IMG/VR virus record: IMGVR_UViG_3300025418_000011
Direction: 5' to 3' (one strand)
DNA: 64,000 nt
Source: a virus
Translations under genes and position numbers: made by a program
The notes under the pieces: model-generated
What the model saw: the letters and a program-made list of their open reading frames with translations, nothing else
Databases searched by the model: none
Told to the model about the DNA's origin: nothing
Shown: one piece after another, positions 54,927-64,000 of the stretch
How the letters are laid out: the number at the start of each line of letters is the position of its first letter
Numbering within the stretch: the stretch's first letter is position 1

Positions 54927-54951
54927 CCTTAAAGTATAATAAGAAAAATAT

Positions 54952-55521
54952 ATGGGCGCTTTAGAAAAAAACAATTTGAATAAATCTATTTCTGGGTTTG
55001 TTAAGATCTGGAAATCCTCACCTATCACGGGAGAATCACAACTTGTGGTGGACCAACCTAACTTGGTACTTTATGGAGGAGCTACGGTAATGAGCCAAGC
55101 CTTAGCCGGGGTACCTAATGGAGGTATTTGGGGAATGTATATAGGTTATAATAATAATTCCTCTTTTAGTCCTCCTACCATAGATGTGAGTTATTCACAA
55201 CCTTTCAGCAATTTTAATGCTTCTGCGGGTTTTGGTTATCTTAGAGAACCGCTAACGTTCACACCTAGTTATTTATCTGACCCCAACTATACAAACAATA
55301 CAGTTTTATTCAGCACTCTGATAACATATTCCACAGCGTTCGGGGGAGCCGCCTTTCAAGGAGGGAGCAGCAATATCTATGAAGTGGCACTTGTTTCTGC
55401 TCCTAATCCAAATAACAGCGCGCAAGATATCGTATTTTCAAGAACTTCGTTTAACCCAGTTAACTACGACTCTACTTTTAACTTTACAATAACCTGGGGA
55501 ATTAAATTCCTCGTAACCTAA
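54952..55521 (+). CDS. tail fibre attachment/collar-like protein
   Basis: NLVLYGG, IYEVALV...FSRT, FTITWGI pattern. Confidence 0.55.
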   Translation: MGALEKNNLNKSISGFVKIWKSSPITGESQLVVDQPNLVLYGGATVMSQALAGVPNGGIWGMYIGYNNNSSFSPPTIDVSYSQPFSNFNASAGFGYLREPLTFTPSYLSDPNYTNNTVLFSTLITYSTAFGGAAFQGGSSNIYEVALVSAPNPNNSAQDIVFSRTSFNPVNYDSTFNFTITWGIKFLVT

Positions 55522-55527
55522 AAAAAT

Positions 55528-58113
55528 ATGTCAGTAACTCCCTGGGTACCCACGGTAAAACTAATTCAAGACGGTCAAGATGTTTCTCAGCAGGTAGTTA
55601 ATGTACCTCTAGAGCAGTTGATTCAACGCGACCAGCATTTATACGATGAGTTTAATGAACTTCAAAATAAGTCTGCGTTAACTAGTTTTAATCAACCTAT
55701 ATACCCTGGAGATTTAACAGGAGCAAATCCAATTACCGTAGGACAGCTTGCGGTTGTATATTTTAGAAGTGATGAAGGTGGAGAAGGAATATCAAAGGCA
55801 TCTACGGGTTTCTCTACAGACCATACCACAAGCATGTTCCAGCCCAATGCTTCTAATTATGTTTTTGGAATTATTAGAGATGTAAATCCTGGAAATGTCG
55901 CAGACTGCTATATTCAGGGCATGTGCGAATTTTCTGTGCCTATAGATGATCCATACAACGGATTAATAGAGTACTCTCTAGATAACTATGGAAACCGCGT
56001 TGTTCAACCATTCAGTGTTGGGCCATACTATCTATCTAGAAAATTACCAGGAAAGATCACACAAAACCCGGACGGTATTCCTGTTTATGTTGGGTATGCC
56101 TTGTCTCCTACAGAGTTCATACTTCAGCCTTCTGTGGATGAATTTACACAGTTTTTTATTAACTATCGTTATAATATATTAGATCGTCCTGTATATCCTC
56201 CGGTTTTAGACTCCGGTAGCCATACTTGGACAATTCCAACGCCTTACGGCTCTCCTAATAACCCAGATAGACTTGGGTGGATCGCTGCCACAGCACAAAA
56301 TCTTCCTGGTTATGTCATCCCAACAAACCCTGCAGGGCAAGTTGCAAAATTTTTCTACTATATACCCTCTGATTTATCATCAGGACCAGACTCTACGGTG
56401 TTAAATAGTTATGAGATAGCTGAGGCAAATCAATTAGGGGCAAACCTGCCTCCAGTACCATCTAACTTTGTTCAAATTTTACAAAATGGCGTAACTCAAA
56501 GATATAGTGATGTATATGCTCCAGATGGGATATATTCTATAGATGATTATGGGATTTGGTGGTATTCTAATGTTGACGGTACACAGCCTTGGGCTTCAGA
56601 TATTTTAACTACCTACGCCCCCGTAACATTAACATTATCGGCTGCAGCTAGTGCCACAGGAGCCACAGCATTGCATGTTTCTTCTGTTTCCGGTATTTCT
56701 CAGGAGTCATTACTCACAGCGTCTTTTTTAAATACTGGTACATATATATCTAATGTATTTTCCACAACAGGAGCATCCGGTCCAACAGGGCCATATACAT
56801 TAATATTAAATAAGCCAACAATACACCCCGCCGCAACAGGAGCTACATTTACAGCTAACGCCGGATGGGACCCAACACAATGGGAAACATTTAAAGGAAC
56901 CAATAGAAACAGAGCAAGACTGTTTATAAACTTCGCTAAATTCAACCCAGCACTGAGAACACAGCTTGTAAGCTCCCTGAAGCCTTATAACATAACCACT
57001 AATCCTCCCACAGGGGTAGCACCTAATAACAGTAGTAATTTTATCTCGTTTGACTTGAAGAGTGACCCAGGAGAACTTTCAGCCACAGGGGATTTGTTAG
57101 TGAATATTACTCCTCAGTTTAATACCGTAGGATATTCTGATTTACCAAAAATAGTGTCGGCCACATGGGTATCAGGTACATTGGGGGCTATAACTTTCTC
57201 AAGCCCGCACGGACTAACAACAGGTCAACAAGTCGTGACGACCGGTTTTTATGATTCAAATAATTCCTGGAACGGTACATTTACGGTTACTGTTATAGAT
57301 ACCTCTAATATATCTATATCTGGCCCCACAGCCGCACCTATAACTGTAGGAACCATATCAATAGCAGGAGACAGCACGAATGTACCATCAACAACAGGCA
57401 CAGGAGGTACGTATACTGCTGGAAGCGCTGTGGCAGATCTATCATGGGACGCCATTTCAGGCAAGTTTAAAAAAACTGTTACGCCTGTGGTCGCTAGTCT
57501 GCAGGGATCCGGAGGAATAAATGTTACTCCAGTTAGCGGCAGTCCAGGCACATACAATATCGCATATATGTCTCAGGGTATATATGGACTGGTAGACTCT
57601 ATAGAGCCAGTTAACTCTAGATTAGAATTTAGGGGATTAAATTCATATATAAAATTACCATATTATAATCCAGTAACTGTACCGTACGGATTAATAGGTA
57701 AAATTGTTCTCACAAAAGATTCTTTTAATAACGTCCCATTGAATTTAATACTTCAAGTTTTTGGAAATAGTACTTATGGAAGCAACACGAATAACACCGC
57801 GGTTGCTTTGAATTTCGAATATTCGGCAACATCAGCACAAAACGGAGCAGCTAGCTCAGTCACACTTAATTTAAATAATTCAGTAAGCCTGACTAGTGCA
57901 GCGTCATCTTTAGTGACTCTAAGCTTACCTAGCGCAGGATACACTGCGTATACCCCAATTAATATTTCAGGGGGATTAGTTATTCCAGAAAATTACGTAG
58001 GCGAAGATACGGTGATAAACTTTAAAATCACAAGAAACCTCACCGGGTCTAATAATGACTACGTAGGGGATATTGGAATTCTTGGAATTTATTGGGGAAC
58101 AACTAGTAACTAA
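55528..58113 (+). CDS. tail fibre/distal baseplate protein
   Basis: VNVPLEQLIQRDQHL N-terminus typical of fibre anchors; T/S/G-rich body. Confidence 0.65.
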   Translation: MSVTPWVPTVKLIQDGQDVSQQVVNVPLEQLIQRDQHLYDEFNELQNKSALTSFNQPIYPGDLTGANPITVGQLAVVYFRSDEGGEGISKASTGFSTDHTTSMFQPNASNYVFGIIRDVNPGNVADCYIQGMCEFSVPIDDPYNGLIEYSLDNYGNRVVQPFSVGPYYLSRKLPGKITQNPDGIPVYVGYALSPTEFILQPSVDEFTQFFINYRYNILDRPVYPPVLDSGSHTWTIPTPYGSPNNPDRLGWIAATAQNLPGYVIPTNPAGQVAKFFYYIPSDLSSGPDSTVLNSYEIAEANQLGANLPPVPSNFVQILQNGVTQRYSDVYAPDGIYSIDDYGIWWYSNVDGTQPWASDILTTYAPVTLTLSAAASATGATALHVSSVSGISQESLLTASFLNTGTYISNVFSTTGASGPTGPYTLILNKPTIHPAATGATFTANAGWDPTQWETFKGTNRNRARLFINFAKFNPALRTQLVSSLKPYNITTNPPTGVAPNNSSNFISFDLKSDPGELSATGDLLVNITPQFNTVGYSDLPKIVSATWVSGTLGAITFSSPHGLTTGQQVVTTGFYDSNNSWNGTFTVTVIDTSNISISGPTAAPITVGTISIAGDSTNVPSTTGTGGTYTAGSAVADLSWDAISGKFKKTVTPVVASLQGSGGINVTPVSGSPGTYNIAYMSQGIYGLVDSIEPVNSRLEFRGLNSYIKLPYYNPVTVPYGLIGKIVLTKDSFNNVPLNLILQVFGNSTYGSNTNNTAVALNFEYSATSAQNGAASSVTLNLNNSVSLTSAASSLVTLSLPSAGYTAYTPINISGGLVIPENYVGEDTVINFKITRNLTGSNNDYVGDIGILGIYWGTTSN

Positions 58114-58115
58114 AA

Positions 58116-59012
58116 ATGCCCTGGATTGACTCATTAGACTATCTAGATTTAAACTCATTACGCAGATATCCTATAAGAGAAGGAACTAGCGCAACGAGTA
58201 CAGATGGGCTTTTTCAAATTCCAAACACGTTAATAGTTGATATTTCATTATCCGCAAGTGGAGACCCATCAGCGAGATTTTATATCTCTTCTTTTTTTAA
58301 TAACCTTTTTTCCTGCACTATTCAGCTGGCTGAATATTACACAGGTACAGTAGTGGGTAGCTTTTTTATAGATTTCAATAGTCATAAGCTCAACGATACT
58401 TATTATTTAACCCCTATCGGCAGTTATGCAGGAGCCTCCGGCAAAATCACCATAGGGCTGCCTGATGATTTACAACTACAACCCGCAGGACAATTTTCTT
58501 TTACAAACACAGATACAGAATTAGAGCCAAGAACTATAATTCCAGGTCTTGCAGGAGTTACATCAATTACATATGTAGACGCAGACGCAAGCACAGCCAC
58601 GTTTACCGGCGATATCACAATGAACGCCAGAAACAATGTTATTTTCACATACAATAGTATTTCTAATAGCGTAACTATGGATGTTGGGGACGGGTTAGGT
58701 TTAAACAAAACCTGTAATTATACGAACTGTGTAAAAACAATAAATGGTGTTACACCAGACCCGTCGAATGGAAATATAACAATGGTAGGTATAGACTGTA
58801 TGCAAATTTCTAGTACTTCTCCATACACGTTACAATTTAACGACACCTGCTGTACTCCTTGCTCCGGGTGCTCGGATTTATCTACGTTAACTACAAGATT
58901 GACTAGCCTTGAAAATAATTTTATAACTATTAAAAATTATTATAATACCCTCAATGGGCAGCTCACAAATTATTTATCCACCGTTAATTCTAGCTGTTCG
59001 TGTGGAAGTTAA
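58116..59012 (+). CDS. tail fibre-associated protein with Cys-rich C-terminus
   Basis: NSLRRYP N-terminus, VKTINGVTPD, DTCCTPCSGC then coiled coil, SCSC end. Confidence 0.65.
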   Translation: MPWIDSLDYLDLNSLRRYPIREGTSATSTDGLFQIPNTLIVDISLSASGDPSARFYISSFFNNLFSCTIQLAEYYTGTVVGSFFIDFNSHKLNDTYYLTPIGSYAGASGKITIGLPDDLQLQPAGQFSFTNTDTELEPRTIIPGLAGVTSITYVDADASTATFTGDITMNARNNVIFTYNSISNSVTMDVGDGLGLNKTCNYTNCVKTINGVTPDPSNGNITMVGIDCMQISSTSPYTLQFNDTCCTPCSGCSDLSTLTTRLTSLENNFITIKNYYNTLNGQLTNYLSTVNSSCSCGS

Positions 59013-59024
59013 AATTACCGGTAT

Positions 59025-62000
59025 ATGCCCGCGTTAGAATATTTAAGTTCAAATAGCCTGATCAGCTATCCTTTTAAAGATAGTGTTGCCCCCAATCAGT
59101 CTTTAGATATTCCTAAAGGGGCTTTTTTAGACGCGCTGTTTGTAACTAACGATAAAAATATAAAAAGAGTATATATCTCTAGTATCTCTAACATTGATGG
59201 AGATATAAATATAGCCTTATCAGAAGTTAATAATGGTGATATAGGCTCTTTAAGTTTTCCTTTAAGTTCTGCGATTAGTCATTTAGCAAATACGCAAACA
59301 AGCTTTTTTAGCTATTCTGGTGATGGCTGGGTGATCAAATTAATATTTGGCGATGAGATAAATTTTTTATCTAGCTTTTCCGGTACAGTAGAATATACAG
59401 CAGATCAAACAGAATTTTTATCTTCCTTGATAGTGTGGTATCCCAGAAAAGTAACTTCGCTTAGCTTTGATACATATGCCCATGACGGATACACCGCCAG
59501 CCATATATTACAAAACATAAAAACTTACGGGGCTGGAGAAGCTGTCATTTTAGACAATGGAACAAATAATGAATTTACCACTGATAGCACACATCAATTA
59601 TATATAGATGTAGCTAAAGGATTAGGTACGGGATTATGGAACCCCTGCCCTGACGGAGACATAGTAGACATATATACAGTTAATAACAGCTCCCCTAATT
59701 CTTCCGGGGCTTTGTTTATAGCTCCATCCGACTGCTATTCGTTAGACCTTTTGAGTGCCAACACCCTTAATGAGATCACATCAGGAGAGCTAAAAACAAA
59801 GACTGATTATTCAAATTTCTCCACACCTATCCCTGCTAGAAATGGTGTAGCAGCACACACCAATACCTTCAATGCCATATCCTCTGATATGGGAGGGCAC
59901 GGACTTGTATTTAACAATCACTGCAGTCCCAAATGCTCTCCTGAAAATATAAGTGGTTTTGCAAATTATCTCAATAGATCCACAGATGCCTTAGCAGAAC
60001 TTTACAAGGTAGTTAATAATCCCCAACAGACTTATGGAATAGGAAAAATAAATGGATCTGCCTTCGCGGAAAATAATTCTACTGGATTAATAAATAGCGC
60101 ACATTTTGTAGTAACCAGTTTTTGCGCGTATAGAAATGGCAAACCTACACCAGTTGGACCTACGTGTTCAGGAGGGTTTAAAAAGTATTTCCATGAGGGA
60201 AGAGAATTAACAATAACCTCTGGGGCCATTAATTATGTTTTTCAAATAAAAGAAGTTATTTCCACCCATGAAGTTATACTTGGGGTTACCACGCAATCAA
60301 ATATAGCTTTTAATGATATATGCGCAGCCCTATCTGGAAACTTAAATAACTTTATCGTTAACGACTACGGTATAAAAAACGCACTGAATGACGCAATTAC
60401 TAGAAGTAACGCCGCCGCCGCTAATAAAAATCAGCCATACGCAACTTTAAACTACGGCACACTAGAAGCCTATAATGCTGACAAGCAGTATGGTACATTC
60501 ATAACTTCGGTAATTGTTATATACAATCCGTCACCAGCAGCTATTTCATATTCTGTATCCGCATTCACCTCAGACCAAGCCACACTCGTTCCTTCTTCTG
60601 TAAAGATAAAAAATAGTATAGGCGATATTAGCTATGGGGCAAGTGTAGGAACAATCGCCTGCAAGGATTACAATATATTTGAATCCATATATTTCATTCC
60701 TTGCTCACAGGATATAGATCATTTGAATACAGGGAAAGTTACATTTGAAATAACAAACACATCTACTCCAAGTAACACACCTATAAATTACTATTCAAAT
60801 GGCGTTCTTATTGATGCGGTTCAAACGCCAATGACTATACCAGAGCCAGGAGCAACCATAACGGCAGCATATTGTGTTTCTGTCAATAATACTCAAGATG
60901 TAATTTCTGTGAACTACGGTGTACCGTTTAGCTACCCTATAAACATGCCGGAGGCTACAGAATTTACAGTTACAGGTACTCCACCAAGCTGGATAACAAT
61001 AGATACATCCTCAAATTCTCCTAGAATTTATTCTTCAAATCCGAACGGAAATACTTCAGAAGTATATTCTTTTACAGTTTTTGGAAAATCCGGATCACTT
61101 TATTACTTCCTTCAGTTAACCATAGACTATTTTGCTCCTCCGGTAATTAATTATCCAACACAAAACGAGGTTATAAATATTTATCCTCCTGACGGAGGCC
61201 CTCAGGTTTTAACCACTAGAACTTTTACAAAGAGTGCCCCCCTCATTCCCATAGCTGCATCGAATTATCCTACCAGTTATAGTATAACTTTAGACAATAA
61301 TTTAAGTGGTGTAAGTATAGGGCCTACAGGTACAAACAATCTTCCTCCAGGATTATCCGTGGGGGGCAACGGGCTGATAGGTAAGCTCAAGATGCCTAGC
61401 AATACCGTATACCCTGCTTTTTATCCTTTGACTTTGGTAGCCCACAATTCCGCCGGCAGCTCTTCTCCTGTACATGTATTATTAGAGATAAACGAGACTG
61501 GCATAGCTACATCGTATGCAAAACAGGGAGAACAGTTTAATTACAGTATAATCGTTGGCCCTGAAGTAATATCGCAAACAGTAGAACAAATTTTACCAGA
61601 CTGGTTACTTTTTGATCCTACCCTCAATCACTCTTCTGCGGGAGCTGTACCTAATTTTTATGGTACGAATTATGACACCACCTCAACGGAAATAAATATT
61701 GTTGTTAAGCAACAGCTTTATGGTGGAAGTTACAGGCTTGTGTCATATACGATACCTTATATCGTTACACCTATAATAAATTACCCCACTAATTCCACTG
61801 TTATTAATCTATATCCGCCGGACTTTAAAAACCCGATAGGTAGCAATACACAATTTACTTCAGTAAATCCACTATTTACAGTTTCTGCGTTAGGGGCAAC
61901 TTCATTTAATGACAATAACGGAACACTTCCCCTAGGGTTAAGCATAGATAACAATGGAAATATTACTGGGCAGATTTCAGATGATGCAAGTCTAGGTCTC

Positions 62001-64000
62001 CATGTAGTTACAATAAACGCAGTTAATGCTGTAGGTACTACGTCAGTTACTTTTAATATCAACCTATCTCAAGAAATATCTGAAATCATTGCGGATTATG
62101 GAACAGGATTTTGCTACACTTTTAGTGATTTAAGCTCCTTAGGTGCTAGTTTAAATGTGTCTTTCTCCATATTAAATTTACCTTCATTTTTAAATATTTC
62201 TAGTCAGGCAAATAGCTCTTGCCACATCTATTCTTCAGGAATTCTTAATCAGACTAATGAAATTCAACAATATATCACATTATCCATAAATAATGCCGGT
62301 TTAATAACCAATAGATTTTTTAATTTTATATATTCTCCGTCACTACAAATAACTTATCCAGCTCAAGATCAATTATTTTATATAGTCTATTCTGGTGGCT
62401 ATAGCACGATAACTTTTAATGCTGACGCACCACTATTACAAATACTCACAGCTAGACCTATAAGCTTTTATTTAGCCTCTGGATTACCTAGGGGCTTGAG
62501 TATAACACAAGACGGAAAAGTTATAGGTGCAGCTAACGATGTTGAGGGTACGTATAATGTGCAGGTTATCGCAGGTACTTCCTCAGGAGCTAGATATATA
62601 TCTTCGTTTAAAATATATATTTCTTCTTCTCCGTTGAATGGTGGTGTGTTTTTAAATACCCCCTACTGTTATAAGATATCAGGATTAGGACAAGCCGACA
62701 GTTATGGTTATACTGGCCCATTACCTCCTGGACTTCATTTTACTGGGGCTACAGGAGCAACCTGCAATATTTATGGTACCGTTAGTGGATTAACCCATGC
62801 GGCAAATTACCCATTAACTTTGTTTGCAAATAAAGGAAGCACACAAATGCCCCTTTCTTTAAACTTAAATTATTTACCTAATTCACCCACACCCCAAATA
62901 ACTACACCATTAAGCCAAAATATTTACTATATTAATCCTCCAGACTACAACAATAGAGAATACACCACAGACTCCCCATTGTTTAGTGTTTATGCTACTC
63001 AAAATCCGATACTATTTTCTGCTGTAGGGTTACCTCCTTCTTTAAGTATAGTTCCAGAGTCGGGACAAATTGTGGGAGGACCGGTTAGCCAAACAGGAAC
63101 ATACAATGTGACCATTTCGGTAGAATCTGAATATGGCTACTATGGTACAGGTACTTGCTCAATAGTGGTTTCTGATACTGCAGATCAATCTATTGTGATG
63201 CTTGAGAATCATACAGTCTGTAAAAAAATAACCTCCGCAGATAACGCCATATTCTACAATATTAGCGGTACATGGCCCGACGGTGTTTCTTACAATGGTT
63301 TTCCTGGATTTAACTGCAATTTCACAGGCACTCCCGCAAGCACTAATTCTTCAGGTGTATTTTCTGTTGTGATTGAAAATCAATATTTAGGAGGCGCTTC
63401 TAATAATCAATACGATATTCAATATTGGGGACTGCCCAGCATAACAGGAATTTCAACAAATCAAACATACGAATCTTATACAGGAGCCACAGGGAATACG
63501 GGACCATCTTATAATTTCCTACCTTCTGTTTATCTGGGGCCGGGAGAGTATACTGATGATAATCCTTTGTTAAGTTTATCTGTAACAAACGATCCAACAA
63601 GTATTGAGATAACGAGCATTACACCCAGACACTTTACTAGTCTGCACTTTAATCCCAACGGAAATTTAGTGGGCTATCCTTCGTACGATGATATAAATTT
63701 ACATTACACCATATCCGCGAGAGTTTCGAACCCTGCAGGTAGCTCTAATATATTTACTTTCGTATTATCTTTTAGTGCCGTACATGCGACGATAGATTGG
63801 CCCACACCAGACACAATGGTTTATGGTCAGCGACTTAATGAGTTTCAGTTAAATGCGACCACCCAAGCTTCTGGGAATATAACATATTCTCCCCCGGCGG
63901 GATACCTACCTCCAATAGGTGTTGACACACTAACCGCCTATTACAATCCTACAAGTTTAGATTATCTACCCACACAAAAAACAAATCAAGTTACTGTATT
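59025..64000 (+). CDS. very large fibre/adhesin with tandem Ig-like domains, truncated by right edge (>=1658 aa)
   Basis: ATG 59025 (MPALEYLSSNSLISYPF); frame spot-checked open at 61320, 61920 and 63780-64000; repeats LPPGLSVGG, LPLGLSIDNNGNITG, LPRGLSIT, LPPGLHF, LPPSLSIV. Confidence 0.85.
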   Translation, partial: MPALEYLSSNSLISYPFKDSVAPNQSLDIPKGAFLDALFVTNDKNIKRVYISSISNIDGDINIALSEVNNGDIGSLSFPLSSAISHLANTQTSFFSYSGDGWVIKLIFGDEINFLSSFSGTVEYTADQTEFLSSLIVWYPRKVTSLSFDTYAHDGYTASHILQNIKTYGAGEAVILDNGTNNEFTTDSTHQLYIDVAKGLGTGLWNPCPDGDIVDIYTVNNSSPNSSGALFIAPSDCYSLDLLSANTLNEITSGELKTKTDYSNFSTPIPARNGVAAHTNTFNAISSDMGGHGLVFNNHCSPKCSPENISGFANYLNRSTDALAELYKVVNNPQQTYGIGKINGSAFAENNSTGLINSAHFVVTSFCAYRNGKPTPVGPTCSGGFKKYFHEGRELTITSGAINYVFQIKEVISTHEVILGVTTQSNIAFNDICAALSGNLNNFIVNDYGIKNALNDAITRSNAAAANKNQPYATLNYGTLEAYNADKQYGTFITSVIVIYNPSPAAISYSVSAFTSDQATLVPSSVKIKNSIGDISYGASVGTIACKDYNIFESIYFIPCSQDIDHLNTGKVTFEITNTSTPSNTPINYYSNGVLIDAVQTPMTIPEPGATITAAYCVSVNNTQDVISVNYGVPFSYPINMPEATEFTVTGTPPSWITIDTSSNSPRIYSSNPNGNTSEVYSFTVFGKSGSLYYFLQLTIDYFAPPVINYPTQNEVINIYPPDGGPQVLTTRTFTKSAPLIPIAASNYPTSYSITLDNNLSGVSIGPTGTNNLPPGLSVGGNGLIGKLKMPSNTVYPAFYPLTLVAHNSAGSSSPVHVLLEINETGIATSYAKQGEQFNYSIIVGPEVISQTVEQILPDWLLFDPTLNHSSAGAVPNFYGTNYDTTSTEINIVVKQQLYGGSYRLVSYTIPYIVTPIINYPTNSTVINLYPPDFKNPIGSNTQFTSVNPLFTVSALGATSFNDNNGTLPLGLSIDNNGNITGQISDDASLGLHVVTINAVNAVGTTSVTFNINLSQEISEIIADYGTGFCYTFSDLSSLGASLNVSFSILNLPSFLNISSQANSSCHIYSSGILNQTNEIQQYITLSINNAGLITNRFFNFIYSPSLQITYPAQDQLFYIVYSGGYSTITFNADAPLLQILTARPISFYLASGLPRGLSITQDGKVIGAANDVEGTYNVQVIAGTSSGARYISSFKIYISSSPLNGGVFLNTPYCYKISGLGQADSYGYTGPLPPGLHFTGATGATCNIYGTVSGLTHAANYPLTLFANKGSTQMPLSLNLNYLPNSPTPQITTPLSQNIYYINPPDYNNREYTTDSPLFSVYATQNPILFSAVGLPPSLSIVPESGQIVGGPVSQTGTYNVTISVESEYGYYGTGTCSIVVSDTADQSIVMLENHTVCKKITSADNAIFYNISGTWPDGVSYNGFPGFNCNFTGTPASTNSSGVFSVVIENQYLGGASNNQYDIQYWGLPSITGISTNQTYESYTGATGNTGPSYNFLPSVYLGPGEYTDDNPLLSLSVTNDPTSIEITSITPRHFTSLHFNPNGNLVGYPSYDDINLHYTISARVSNPAGSSNIFTFVLSFSAVHATIDWPTPDTMVYGQRLNEFQLNATTQASGNITYSPPAGYLPPIGVDTLTAYYNPTSLDYLPTQKTNQVTV

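Noticed and set aside
33738-59012. Tailocin or extracellular contractile injection system rather than phage
   Set aside because: Capsid, protease, scaffold, neck and long tape measure genes are present
12378-63600. Short minus-strand ORFs throughout the plus-strand operons
   Set aside because: All fully overlap well-supported plus-strand genes; no independent evidence
1-64000. CRISPR arrays, rRNA, IS elements, diversity-generating retroelement
   Set aside because: No spaced direct repeats, rRNA signatures, DDE transposase or reverse-transcriptase motifs seen by eye

Overview
This 64 kb window is the virion-morphogenesis region of a large, AT-rich, contractile-tailed (myovirus-like, probably jumbo) bacteriophage, read in the standard code. 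Left part (1-12 kb, mostly minus strand): small accessory genes, a dCMP deaminase, orphan structural proteins, a cluster of glycine-rich proteins and a Rep_1-like HUH endonuclease. Middle and right (12-64 kb, plus strand): papain-like protease, head module (internal proteins, prohead protease, scaffold-like proteins, decoration protein, HK97-fold major capsid protein), neck, sheath, tube, frameshifted tail chaperones, tape measure, baseplate, and a >1650 aa Ig-repeat fibre cut by the window edge. Two systems stand out. (1) A phage-encoded multisubunit RNA polymerase in four separate genes on both strands: beta N-terminal, beta middle, a beta-C/beta'-N fusion lacking the beta' zinc-binding domain, and beta' C-terminal. 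A sigma70-type factor sits inside the baseplate operon. (2) About 18 head-region proteins share a K-x-(A/S/G) motif that often separates an acidic helical N-terminal segment from a glycine-zipper or low-complexity payload, which looks like a protease-processed capsid cargo-loading system. Structured RNA leaders precede two likely abundant virion genes. All assignments come from motif recognition by eye; no database searches were run.
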